A stretch of DNA of 59,994 nucleotides from a virus. Below are positions 18,753 through 27,612 of this stretch, in pieces; position 1 is the stretch's first letter; each line of letters starts with the position of its first letter. The position numbers and the translations under genes were made by a program. Where the stretch lies: the IMG/VR virus record IMGVR_UViG_3300029616_000006. The stretch is one strand, 5' to 3'. The notes under the pieces are model-generated. The model did not search any database. It was not told the DNA's origin and saw only the letters and a list, made by a program, of their open reading frames with translations.

Positions 18753-19573
18753 GTATGATTAGTACTGTTAATGAAGCTATAAATAGGAAACTAACATCCA
18801 TTAGTTTTACAGATATTATAATTGGGACTGTGATTTCTCTAGAACCTTTACAAATCAGAATAAACAATAGAATCACAATAGGGCTGAGTTTCATTGAACC
18901 TATGAGTCTAGGGATAGATGACAATTCTCCTAGCTCAGCCCTACCACTTACTGTGGGAGAAAAAGTTCAAATGATTAGGTACAGTAACGGACAACGATTC
19001 TATATATTAGGGAAGAGTACCAATGCCAGTACAATTAACTATAATGAGTTACAAAATAAACCAAAGTTAAATACGGCAAATAGTACGTCTCTAGCAGTTA
19101 ATGAGTCGGAGGAACTTAAAGGTATTATATCACTTCATAAAGTGGCTAAAACTGGTAGTTATAATGATTTAGTAGATAAACCAGCACCTTACTGGCCTAT
19201 TGGTTCAATTTACATTTCAGTAGTAAATACTAATCCTTCACAATGGTTTGATGGAGTTTGGGAATCCTTTGGTAGTGGTAGAGTTTTAGTAGGTGTAGAT
19301 GCATCTCAATCCGAATTCAATACGGTTATGAAGACAGGAGGAGAAAAAACCCATAAACTAACCACAAATGAAATGCCAAGTCATTCCCATGATATAACCA
19401 CATTTAGAGGTTCTACTCAATGGGCTTTGGGGTATATATGGGCTAGGGCGGCGACTGATTCCGACCCAAATAATCAAACATGGGTAACTAATACTAATAA
19501 TGCCGGAGGGGACCAACCTCATAATAACTTACAACCATATATAACAGTATATATGTGGAGGAGAGTATCCTAA
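18749..19573 (+). CDS. XkdR-like baseplate spike N-domain fused to a fibre-tip (tail-collar-like) C-domain; paralog 1
   Basis: N-terminus ...GTVISLEPLQIRINN... is XkdR/DUF2577-like; C-terminus has GGEKTHKLTTNEMPSHSH and NLQPYITVYMW motifs. Confidence 0.6.
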   Translation: MSMISTVNEAINRKLTSISFTDIIIGTVISLEPLQIRINNRITIGLSFIEPMSLGIDDNSPSSALPLTVGEKVQMIRYSNGQRFYILGKSTNASTINYNELQNKPKLNTANSTSLAVNESEELKGIISLHKVAKTGSYNDLVDKPAPYWPIGSIYISVVNTNPSQWFDGVWESFGSGRVLVGVDASQSEFNTVMKTGGEKTHKLTTNEMPSHSHDITTFRGSTQWALGYIWARAATDSDPNNQTWVTNTNNAGGDQPHNNLQPYITVYMWRRVS

Positions 19574-19586
19574 TCTATAGAAATAG

Positions 19587-20033
19587 ATGAGGGCAGTTTA
19601 TTTAAAAGATAAAACAGGTAATAGAGTTGTAACTACTCCGTATTATAGAATAGGTGATTTATTTCTAACCACTATAGCAACTAATCCATCTAGTTATCTA
19701 GGTGGTAAGTGGGAATTGTTTGGACCAGGTAGGGTTCTAGTTTGTGTCAATACTTCCGATACAGATTTTAACACAGTTAAGAAAACTGGGGGAAGTAAAA
19801 ATCATAGACATATTGGAACCAGTGCCTTTGCTGTAATATCAGGAAACCGATATGTAGGTATTACAAATACTGATGGATTTATTAATGAGTCTGTTACTCA
19901 ATTTTATGGTGCTCAAGTGGTGGTGAATGGTCAAAGTAGTACCAGTAGTGTTGATAGTGCTAGGTATTATACCAGATATGCCGATAACATACAACCATTT
20001 ATTACTTGTTATATTTGGATAAGAACAGCTTAA
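19587..20033 (+). CDS. Fibre-tip (tail-collar-like) domain protein, paralog 2
   Basis: NPSSYLGGKWELFGPGRVLV...NIQPFITCYIW; no SD upstream. Confidence 0.55.
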   Translation: MRAVYLKDKTGNRVVTTPYYRIGDLFLTTIATNPSSYLGGKWELFGPGRVLVCVNTSDTDFNTVKKTGGSKNHRHIGTSAFAVISGNRYVGITNTDGFINESVTQFYGAQVVVNGQSSTSSVDSARYYTRYADNIQPFITCYIWIRTA

Positions 20034-20051
20034 TTAAAGATACTCAAATAT

Positions 20052-20564
20052 ATGAGTAAAATAGTAATTTTAAAAAATCAAACTTACCTTTCCTCAAAAT
20101 CAATTTATCATAATTTAGAGGGAGGGGGGAGAGTTAGCTTAGAAAATGCTTTAAATCATATATATCCGGTTGGAAGTATTTTCATTACCACAGTTAATCA
20201 AGACCCTTCACCTTATCTTGGAGGTAAGTGGGAAGCATTCGGTGCTGGAAGAGTTTTAGTTGGTTTTGATTCTAGTCAAAAAGAATTTAATACCATACTA
20301 AAAACTGGTGGCAGTAAGGTTCATAGCCATGGTAATGGTAACCTTGCAGCGGCAATAGAAATAACATGGAATGGTCAAAACATTATAAAGATAGGTAATT
20401 ATCAAAATAGACCAATGGCAACCAACATTGCTATGAAAGGATTACCAACTTATTATAATGAAAATACTAATACTGCAACTGGGTGTAGAGTTGAAGGTAG
20501 TACAAGTAATTCTTCTACCCTCCAACCTTATATAGTGGTATATATGTTTAAAAGAATAAGCTAA
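20052..20564 (+). CDS. Fibre-tip (tail-collar-like) domain protein, paralog 3
   Basis: DPSPYLGGKWEAFGAGRVLV...TLQPYIVVYMF; no SD upstream. Confidence 0.55.
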   Translation: MSKIVILKNQTYLSSKSIYHNLEGGGRVSLENALNHIYPVGSIFITTVNQDPSPYLGGKWEAFGAGRVLVGFDSSQKEFNTILKTGGSKVHSHGNGNLAAAIEITWNGQNIIKIGNYQNRPMATNIAMKGLPTYYNENTNTATGCRVEGSTSNSSTLQPYIVVYMFKRIS

Positions 20565-20574
20565 TTCGAATAGA

Positions 20575-20661
20575 ATGGCAAAAAGAGTAAAATTAAAAAA
20601 TGATATGTATTTGGATACTAACCTAATTGGAGGAGGTGTTAAATATGCCTACTCCAATTAA
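20575..20661 (+). pseudogene. 28-codon ORF resembling a paralog N-terminus, out of frame with paralog 4
   Basis: MAKRVKLKNDMYLDTNLIGGG... parallels MSKIVILKNQTYLSS...EGGG of paralog 3; it runs over the SD and start of 20645..21091 in another frame. Confidence 0.3.
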
Positions 20662-21091
20662 ACTAAAACAAGGTACTAATTATTACCAACCATTGTGTTA
20701 CTTTCCTATTGGTTATATATACTTAAGTACTTCTAATGTTAATCCAGGACAATTCTTTGGTGGTACTTGGGAACCTATTAAAGATAGATTCTTGCTATTA
20801 GCAGGAGATACTTATAAAGGCGGTAAAACAGGTGGAGAAGCAGAGCATACATTAACCAAAAATGAGTTACCAAATACTACTTTACAAATAATAGACCCGA
20901 CCTATAGTTGGACGGTATATATTGCCGGTTATAATAGCGGTTCAGCAAATGAATACCCTGGATTAACAGGGTTAAGAAGAACACCAAGTTCTTCTCAAAG
21001 ATTAAGAACAGAAGCATTAGGTAATTCACAGCCGCATAATAACATGCCGCCTTATATAGTTGTTTATGGTTGGGTTAAGGTCAGCAATTAG
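20645..21091 (+). CDS. Fibre-tip (tail-collar-like) domain protein, paralog 4
   Basis: ATG 20645 follows a GGAGGAGGTG SD; NPGQFFGGTWEPIKDRFLL...GGEAEHTLTKNELP...NNMPPYIVVYGW. Confidence 0.65.
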   Translation: MPTPIKLKQGTNYYQPLCYFPIGYIYLSTSNVNPGQFFGGTWEPIKDRFLLLAGDTYKGGKTGGEAEHTLTKNELPNTTLQIIDPTYSWTVYIAGYNSGSANEYPGLTGLRRTPSSSQRLRTEALGNSQPHNNMPPYIVVYGWVKVSN

Positions 21092-21127
21092 AATCATAAA
21101 ATATTTAATGAAGGAGGTAAGAAACAT

Positions 21128-21520
21128 ATGTTACCAGAGTTAAATCTAATAAATCAGTTAGACGAACAGATGCCAAGTTACACATATAATATAAATAGAA
21201 ATACCAATCGTATTTCTGGTTACATAGACGATAAAGATGCCATAATACAGGCTATTTATTTAATACTTCAAACAGAACGTTATGAATCAATGATTTATAA
21301 TTGGTATTATGGAGTAGAATTTGATGGTCTAATTGGTAAAAACAAGGATTATGTTACTAGTGAATTACAAAGAGTTATTAGAGAAGCATTAACTGAAGAT
21401 GATAGAATAACCGAAGTCAGTGATTTCGATATTACTTATACAGACGATAGTGCTTTAGTAGTATTCTTAGTTCAAACAAACATTGGTGACATAACAATAG
21501 AATGGGAGGTGAATATTTAA
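21128..21520 (+). CDS. Baseplate protein (XkdS / gp25-like), putative
   Basis: 130 aa directly upstream of the baseplate-J gene; AAGGAGG SD. Confidence 0.55.
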   Translation: MLPELNLINQLDEQMPSYTYNINRNTNRISGYIDDKDAIIQAIYLILQTERYESMIYNWYYGVEFDGLIGKNKDYVTSELQRVIREALTEDDRITEVSDFDITYTDDSALVVFLVQTNIGDITIEWEVNI

Positions 21521-22584
21521 TGAATGAAATACCTACATATGAACAAATCTTACAAAGATGTCTAGATAGAGTTCCTAATAGTATTGATAAGAGACAAGGT
21601 TCTATTATATATGATGCTATCGCACCATGTTGTGTTGAATTGGCACAAATGTATATAGAATTGGCTGGTGTATATGACCAAGTATTTATTGATTCGGCAG
21701 TTGGAGATTCTTTAGATGCATTAGTTAAACAAAATGGAGTAACCAGAAAAGAAGCAACTAAAGCAATTCGTAAAGGTGAATTCAATATGGTAGTACCAGT
21801 CGGTAGTAGATTTAGTGATGGAACTAATTCTTATATAGTTATTTCTAATATAGAAGGAACTAATGATTCTAGATTACAATGTGAACAAGCTGGTACAGTT
21901 GGTAATAGTTATTATGGTTCTCTAACACCAATTAGTTTTATTACTGGACTAACTAAAGCAGAATTAACTGATATCATTGATTTAGGTGATGATACAGAAA
22001 CAGACGATGCTTTAAGAGAAAGATATATGGAAGTTGTTACAGCTCCTCAGTTTGGTGGTAATGTTTCAGATTATCAAAATAAAGTAAAAGCTCTTACAGG
22101 TGTTGGTGGATGTAAAGTTGTTCCTATATGGAATGGTGGTGGAACAGTTAAGTTAACTATTACTAATAGTCAATATGGAGTTCCAGATGGTTCATTAGTA
22201 AGTGAAGTTCAGCAAGCAGTTGACCCAACACAAGACCAAACAGGAATGGGTATAGCTCCAATAGGTCATATAGTTACTGTTGTTGGTGTTGAAGCATTAA
22301 ATATTTCTATTTCTGGAACATTTACATTACAAGCAGGAACAGGTGCAGCAGATATTCAAGATAGTGTAAATGAAGTTGTTGATAATTATTTCAATTCTTT
22401 AGCGAAAGAATGGGATAAAGAAGAAAATATTATAGTCAGAGTAAGTCAGATTGAAACAAGATTACTTGGTGTGGCAGGGGTATTAGATATTACAAATACT
22501 ACAATAAATGGTGGAACAGCAAATATTTCATTAGATGCCGACCAAATCCCAGTAAGAAATGGGGATGTGGTAATCAATGTCTAA
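21520..22584 (+). CDS. Baseplate J-like protein (XkdT-like)
   Basis: ATG 21520 overlaps the upstream TAA, GGGAGGTG SD; about 355 aa with a baseplate-J-like N-terminus. Confidence 0.75.
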   Translation: MNEIPTYEQILQRCLDRVPNSIDKRQGSIIYDAIAPCCVELAQMYIELAGVYDQVFIDSAVGDSLDALVKQNGVTRKEATKAIRKGEFNMVVPVGSRFSDGTNSYIVISNIEGTNDSRLQCEQAGTVGNSYYGSLTPISFITGLTKAELTDIIDLGDDTETDDALRERYMEVVTAPQFGGNVSDYQNKVKALTGVGGCKVVPIWNGGGTVKLTITNSQYGVPDGSLVSEVQQAVDPTQDQTGMGIAPIGHIVTVVGVEALNISISGTFTLQAGTGAADIQDSVNEVVDNYFNSLAKEWDKEENIIVRVSQIETRLLGVAGVLDITNTTINGGTANISLDADQIPVRNGDVVINV

Positions 22585-23140
22585 TATTCATAAATACTTA
22601 CCAAAAGTATTACAGCCTATATTAGAATTTCAGTTAATTAACCAAGATTTAGATATAGAGCTATCTTTACTGGATAAATACATAACTGATATAAATAAAG
22701 AAACAATTGTTCAAACTGCTACCGACTATGGTATAAGTAAATGGGAAAATGCCTTAGGTATAATACCTGGTGATACAGATTCCCTAGAAGTTAGAAGATT
22801 TAGGGTTAATAATATACTTACAAGTAAACTACCATATACAATTAGATGGTTAAGACAGAAACTTACCGAGATAACAGGTTCAGCAACAGGCTGGACATTG
22901 AACATGAATTACCAAGATTATACAGCTACTATTATTCTATCGGGGTTAGATACAGACCTTATGCTAGAAGTAGAGAAGCAATTAAGAAATGCCATTCCAG
23001 CAAATATTGAATTGGAGATTGGTGGTCCTTCCATTGCTGGTGGTAATATTAAAATTGGTATTGCTATGAATTATGGTACTAAATATAGGATAACCAGTTC
23101 ATACGATGTAAATAGTGAAGGAGGTATAATAAATGTTTAA
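22577..23140 (+). CDS. Baseplate/tail protein (XkdU-like)
   Basis: 187 aa following baseplate J, as in PBSX-like modules. Confidence 0.55.
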   Translation: MSNIHKYLPKVLQPILEFQLINQDLDIELSLLDKYITDINKETIVQTATDYGISKWENALGIIPGDTDSLEVRRFRVNNILTSKLPYTIRWLRQKLTEITGSATGWTLNMNYQDYTATIILSGLDTDLMLEVEKQLRNAIPANIELEIGGPSIAGGNIKIGIAMNYGTKYRITSSYDVNSEGGIINV

Positions 23141-23936
23141 TGGATTACAATTAACTAATAAAGGCTTAGAATTACTTACTAATCTATTAAATGGTCATAA
23201 TATCCAATTCACTCATATTAAGATGGGTGATGGGGAAGCTCCATCGGATATTTTAACAATGACTGATTTAGTTAGCGTTAAACAGACATTGCCAATAGCA
23301 CGTAGTTCTATTATAGATTATAAAACTATGTTAATTGGTGCTAACTTATATGGTGAATCAGTCAAAACAGCATTTTATTGGAAAGAAGTTGGATTATTTG
23401 CCAAGGATTTAGATGGCGATAATGTTGAATACCTATTCAGTTATGATAATGCTGGGGATGAGGCAAGTTATATACCTGCTGGTGGAGCTGTTTCAGAACA
23501 GTTAATAGATTTAAACGTTATAGTTGGAAATGTAGATAATGTAACTATTACTATTGATAAATCATTAGTGTATGCTACACAAGATGATATGGACCAAGCT
23601 ATTACCAATGTAACTAATACCTTAACTACTAAAATAAATACAGATGTTGGTGCAGTTAATACAGCTTTAACAAATCATATCAATAATAAATCTAATCCGC
23701 ATGAAGTTACAAAAGCTCAGATTGGATTAGGAAGTGTGGTTAATTACGGTATTGCTAGTCAACAAGAAGCACAAAATGGTTCAGTAGATAATAAATACAT
23801 GACCCCATTAAAAACAAAACAAGCTATGGAAGCCTATGGAGTTATTAGTGATGGTAATGTAATAATGAAGATTGGTGGCACACAACCATCAGTACAAACA
23901 GGAAAAACAATTATTTGGATTGATACTTCAAGTTAG
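23133..23936 (+). CDS. Tail fibre protein
   Basis: MFNGLQLTNKGLELL...IQFTHIKMGDGE N-terminus typical of fibre proteins that attach to the baseplate. Confidence 0.55.
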   Translation: MFNGLQLTNKGLELLTNLLNGHNIQFTHIKMGDGEAPSDILTMTDLVSVKQTLPIARSSIIDYKTMLIGANLYGESVKTAFYWKEVGLFAKDLDGDNVEYLFSYDNAGDEASYIPAGGAVSEQLIDLNVIVGNVDNVTITIDKSLVYATQDDMDQAITNVTNTLTTKINTDVGAVNTALTNHINNKSNPHEVTKAQIGLGSVVNYGIASQQEAQNGSVDNKYMTPLKTKQAMEAYGVISDGNVIMKIGGTQPSVQTGKTIIWIDTSS

Positions 23937-23948
23937 GAGGTGCATTAG

Positions 23949-25067
23949 ATGGCATGGATAAGTGAAGCCGATTCTAGTAGTTATGTAAACGTTGCTACTA
24001 ATGTTGGTGGTGAAATTAGAAATGTTTCTAGAAATGGTACTACAGTTTCATTTCAATACAGAGCATATATTTATCAAAGTACCTCTACCTGGTCGAATAA
24101 TACTTGGGCTTTATGGGTTGAAGGAGATAGAAATGTAGTTAAAAATAGCGGTACACATTCAAGTCGAGATACTAAATACTATACAGAATGGTATAGCAAA
24201 ACAGTATCACTGGCAACTAATTCAAGTTATACCACAGTTAGTGTTGGTGTTGCTGGTAAGAACTTTGCTGCATCTAGTCCAAATGGATATGTAACTTTAG
24301 AAGTTAATGGGTTACCAACTGCATCAGCACCTAGTTTAAGTGGTTTATCTATTAGTAATGTATCAGATAAATCAGCAAAGGCTTCATTCAATATAAATAA
24401 TACCAACAATGCTAGTGTAACGGATAGTTATATAGATTTAAGTTTATCTAACTGGGGTTCGGTAGTAAAGACTATTAGTTCCAGAAGCGGAACATTTACA
24501 GGATTAGACCCAAACCGAACATATTATGCTAGAGGTAATGCTGCGAATGCCGCAGGAAGAAGTTATACTTCTGTATCAAGTTTTGAAACAACATTCGTTA
24601 ATCCTGGTGCACCTGGTAAACCTAATTTAAGTTATGACCAACCAGAACCAATACCAAGAGCCAAGATAACTGGTAGTTGGAATGCTGGAACAGCAGGTTC
24701 TACAGCAGTTGCTGGGTATAGAGTTAGATTATATAAGAATGGTACTCAAGTAGAAGTGGTAGATACAGATAGTGCCGATACTTCCTACACATTCCCTAAA
24801 ACATTAGAGGAATATGGATTTGAACCAGGAGATGTATTAGCAATAGGTATATATGCTTATAGTAAGGATTGGCAAGGAACCAAGTTCTTTAATGGCGGTG
24901 GTGCTAGTACAGCAATAGTAATGAGTGATAATCTTACTATAGTTTCAGATAAATATATATGGGTAAGTGTAAATGGTCAGTCATTTAATAAACATAAAAT
25001 GTATGTAAGTATAAATGGTGGTAGTTTCCAAGAAGTAAGAAAAGAGAAGTTTAAAGTTATTAAATAA
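23949..25067 (+). CDS. Fibronectin-III-like repeat tail/fibre-associated protein
   Basis: Segments such as GLSISNVSDKSAKASF...RTYYARGNAANAAG and PGAPGKP...YRVRLYKNG look FN3-like. Confidence 0.45.
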   Translation: MAWISEADSSSYVNVATNVGGEIRNVSRNGTTVSFQYRAYIYQSTSTWSNNTWALWVEGDRNVVKNSGTHSSRDTKYYTEWYSKTVSLATNSSYTTVSVGVAGKNFAASSPNGYVTLEVNGLPTASAPSLSGLSISNVSDKSAKASFNINNTNNASVTDSYIDLSLSNWGSVVKTISSRSGTFTGLDPNRTYYARGNAANAAGRSYTSVSSFETTFVNPGAPGKPNLSYDQPEPIPRAKITGSWNAGTAGSTAVAGYRVRLYKNGTQVEVVDTDSADTSYTFPKTLEEYGFEPGDVLAIGIYAYSKDWQGTKFFNGGGASTAIVMSDNLTIVSDKYIWVSVNGQSFNKHKMYVSINGGSFQEVRKEKFKVIK

Positions 25068-25078
25068 GGAGGATAAAA

Positions 25079-25693
25079 ATGGAGTGGTTTACAGCATTTC
25101 TAATGGGTATAACAGCTATCATATCAGCTCTTGGTACTTTAGTGGTTACTGCCTATAAAACTAAAAAACAGATAGATGAGACAATACCTAGGAAAGTAAA
25201 GAGACAATCAGGTATAGATATGGAAATTGTGAATAAGATGGAAGATTTAAAGGAATTACTTGGTGCTGATAGAGTTCAAATATATGATTTCAGTAATGGA
25301 GGTCATTGGGCGAATGGAAGGTCGGCATTAAAAACTAGTTGCACATACGAAGTAGTTAGAGCTGGGGTATATGGGTGTCAAAGTAAATTACAAATGGTTC
25401 CAATAAGTTGTATACCTAGATTTATTCATACACTACTTGATAAGGAGACATTAGAAGTTACTAATTTAGAAGATATTAAAGAACCAATGCCTAGTACCTA
25501 TAATATAAAACATTCTCAAGGAGTTAAGTCATTCTATGATATAATTCTTAATAATAAAGAAGGAGAGCCAATAGGATTTCTAGGTATCCAATATGTTCAT
25601 AAATGTCATAAATCATATAATAATAATGATAGAGAAGAAGTATTAAGACTAAAATTCTTTATCGAAGAAAAACTTGAAAAGATGATTAAGTAA
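25079..25693 (+). CDS. N-terminally membrane-anchored protein with a GAF-like domain
   Basis: TM helix FTAFLMGITAIISALGTLVVTAY; then ADRVQIYDF...GVKSFYDIILNNKEGEPIGFLGIQY, a GAF-like pattern. Confidence 0.45.
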   Translation: MEWFTAFLMGITAIISALGTLVVTAYKTKKQIDETIPRKVKRQSGIDMEIVNKMEDLKELLGADRVQIYDFSNGGHWANGRSALKTSCTYEVVRAGVYGCQSKLQMVPISCIPRFIHTLLDKETLEVTNLEDIKEPMPSTYNIKHSQGVKSFYDIILNNKEGEPIGFLGIQYVHKCHKSYNNNDREEVLRLKFFIEEKLEKMIK

Positions 25694-25708
25694 GAAAGGA
25701 GAATTGCT

Positions 25709-25954
25709 ATGACAATGGAAGTTATTTTCATGGGAGTTACTGCAGTAGTTACAGCTATTTTAGGAATGTTCTTCAAAGATAGCGTAATTCCTTCAAGATT
25801 TATTCCAATTCAAAACCTAGTAATTGGAATAATTTCAGCAGTATTAGCTGTAGTATTTGGTCTATTTGATAATATTGCTTTAGCAATTGCAGTAAGTCTA
25901 TTTACGGCATTCGGTGTAGGTGGACTATACGATTTAGCAAAAACTAAAAAGTAG
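25709..25954 (+). CDS. Holin (putative)
   Basis: 81 aa, two or three hydrophobic helices, basic C-terminus (KTKK), just upstream of the endolysin. Confidence 0.6.
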   Translation: MTMEVIFMGVTAVVTAILGMFFKDSVIPSRFIPIQNLVIGIISAVLAVVFGLFDNIALAIAVSLFTAFGVGGLYDLAKTKK

Positions 25955-25969
25955 AAAGGAGGTATTGTA

Positions 25970-26098
25970 ATGCCTGAAGAATTTAATGATATTGAATTAA
26001 AAGAGCAGCCAGAAGAAGAAATGGGTCCAGAACATGAAGAAGGTTTTGGTATTCCTGGCGATGATGTAGAATTCGAAGAAGAGGAGGTAGAGGAATAA
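25970..26098 (+). CDS. 42-aa highly acidic ORF between holin and endolysin (below the track's size cutoff)
   Basis: AAAGGAGG SD 7 nt upstream; its stop overlaps the endolysin ATG (TAATG). Confidence 0.5.
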   Translation: MPEEFNDIELKEQPEEEMGPEHEEGFGIPGDDVEFEEEEVEE

Positions 26099-27201
26099 TG
26101 GCAGTATTTGGTATTGACATTAGTACTTGGCAAAGAGGTTATCCTTATGATAAAGCCAACTCTGAAGGAGTTAAGTTTGCTATCTTAAGAGCTGGTTATA
26201 GCCAAACTAAAGATAATCAATTTGAAACCCATTATGCAAACGCTAAAAGATTAGGATGGGGAGTTGGTGCATATTGGTATATGTATGCTAAATCAGTTTC
26301 AGCAGCAAAAGCTGAGGCAAGAGCATTCCTAAAAGCAATTGCTGGTAAACAATTTGATTATCCGGTATATTTAGATATAGAAGACCCAAGCATTAGAGGA
26401 CTTGGTAGAAGTACATTAAATGCTATGATTAAAGCCTTTGGAGAAATCATTGAAGCAGCAGGATATTACTTCGGTGTATATACCAATGTAGATTGGTATA
26501 GAAATGTTATTAGTGGTTCAGAATTAAATAAGAAATACGATTGGTGGATTGCTAGTTGGTCTAAAGGTAAACCAAGTGGTATTGATGCTGGATTATGGCA
26601 ATTCGGTGGTAGCACAAATGTTATTAGAAGTCCTAAAATAGCAGGAGTAGTTACAGACCAAGATTATGCCTATAAAGATTATCCATCAATAATTAAAGAG
26701 AAAGGATTAAATGGTTACGGCAGTGGACAAGCTCCAGAACCAACACCAGGTAAATCAATTGATGAATTAGCAAGAGAAGTTATTCAAGGAGTATGGGGTA
26801 ACGGACAGGATAGAAAGAATGCTTTAACTAATGCCGGATATGATTATTCAGCAGTACAGGCTAGAGTAAATGAAATTCTAGGAACTAGTTCAAAACCCGC
26901 TAAAAAATCTAATGAAGAAATTGCTAAAGAAGTTATTGCTGGTAAGTGGGGAAATGGTAATGATAGAAAAACCAAACTTACCAATGCCGGCTATGATTAC
27001 AGTGCTATTCAAGCCATTGTAAACAAAAAACTTGGCTCTAGTAATAATAGTGGTGTGGTGTACCATAAAGTAGTGTATGGAGATACTTTATACGAAATTG
27101 CTATTAAATATGGTACTACCATTGGTGCAATTCAAAAGTTAAATCCGAAGATTACAAATGCTAATAAGATTTATGCTGGAGATACAATTAGAGTTAAATA
27201 A
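26098..27201 (+). CDS. Endolysin: GH25 muramidase + 2 CW_7-like repeats + LysM
   Basis: FGIDISTWQ...DIE GH25 N-terminus; duplicated WGNGxDRKxxLTNAGYDYSAxQ repeats; C-terminal YHKVVYGDTLYEIA...YAGDTIRV LysM. Confidence 0.85.
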   Translation: MAVFGIDISTWQRGYPYDKANSEGVKFAILRAGYSQTKDNQFETHYANAKRLGWGVGAYWYMYAKSVSAAKAEARAFLKAIAGKQFDYPVYLDIEDPSIRGLGRSTLNAMIKAFGEIIEAAGYYFGVYTNVDWYRNVISGSELNKKYDWWIASWSKGKPSGIDAGLWQFGGSTNVIRSPKIAGVVTDQDYAYKDYPSIIKEKGLNGYGSGQAPEPTPGKSIDELAREVIQGVWGNGQDRKNALTNAGYDYSAVQARVNEILGTSSKPAKKSNEEIAKEVIAGKWGNGNDRKTKLTNAGYDYSAIQAIVNKKLGSSNNSGVVYHKVVYGDTLYEIAIKYGTTIGAIQKLNPKITNANKIYAGDTIRVK

Positions 27202-27206
27202 TTACA

Positions 27207-27234
27207 AAAGTACCTTATAATAGGTACTTTTTTT
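27207..27234 (+). terminator. Rho-independent terminator ending the late operon
   Basis: AAAGTACCT / AGGTACTTT 9-bp stem, 6-nt loop, T-run. Confidence 0.8.
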
Positions 27235-27236
27235 AT

Positions 27237-27244
27237 CGTATAAT
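27237..27244 (+). promoter_or_regulatory. CGTATAAT element (copy 1 of 7)
   Basis: Exact 8-mer; the only copy not followed by an SD; lies upstream of P2. Confidence 0.35.
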
Positions 27245-27298
27245 AATAAAAATCCGAGATATTATCCGAAAGTTTTTTCGGAAATTACTATTTATGAC

Positions 27299-27327
27299 TT
27301 GTTTTTCTCATAAAAGTATGCTATAAT
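27299..27327 (+). promoter_or_regulatory. Early sigma-A-type promoter P2 with extended -10
   Basis: TTGTTT, 17-nt spacer, TGcTATAAT; 27281-27327 matches P3 (56444-56490) with one mismatch. Confidence 0.75.
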
Positions 27328-27358
27328 AATAAGTGTAATAAAGGAAGGAGAATTGAAA

Positions 27359-27592
27359 ATGAAAGAAGAATTGGAAAGAAAGATATTAAATAAGGAGGAT
27401 GAAATAAAACTATTAAATATTCAGTTAGATGGTTTTAAACAAAAACTTAAAGGTCTAACATTTAAAGAATACGAAATAGAGGATTACATTATTACTATAG
27501 CAATGGAAATGAAAAAAGTAAAAGATAGAGTACATCAATTACAAGGCGAAGTATATGAGTTAATGCAAATCTTAAAAGTGGATAATAAATAA
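27359..27592 (+). CDS. Early coiled-coil protein, unknown function
   Basis: ATG 27359 after an AAGGAAGGAGA SD; shares its 5'UTR and MKE start with the gene at 230. Confidence 0.65.
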   Translation: MKEELERKILNKEDEIKLLNIQLDGFKQKLKGLTFKEYEIEDYIITIAMEMKKVKDRVHQLQGEVYELMQILKVDNK

Positions 27593-27612
27593 ATTGAAAG
27601 GAGAGGTTATTT

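Noticed and set aside
20031-20054. Stop-codon readthrough joining paralogs 2 and 3 (same frame, one TAA and six codons apart)
   Set aside because: Sharing a frame has a one-in-three chance. I see no known readthrough context or downstream structure. It is kept only as a note inside the paralog finding.
20118-20132. G-rich tract (GGGAGGGGGGAG) in paralog 3 as a slipped-strand phase-variation switch
   Set aside because: The longest homopolymer is only about six G, shorter than tracts usually associated with phase variation, and it simply encodes EGGG.
18749-25067. Diversity-generating retroelement, shufflon or invertase acting on the repeated fibre-tip genes
   Set aside because: There is no reverse transcriptase, template repeat, invertase or inverted crossover sites. 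The paralogs are diverged at nucleotide level and all face the same direction.
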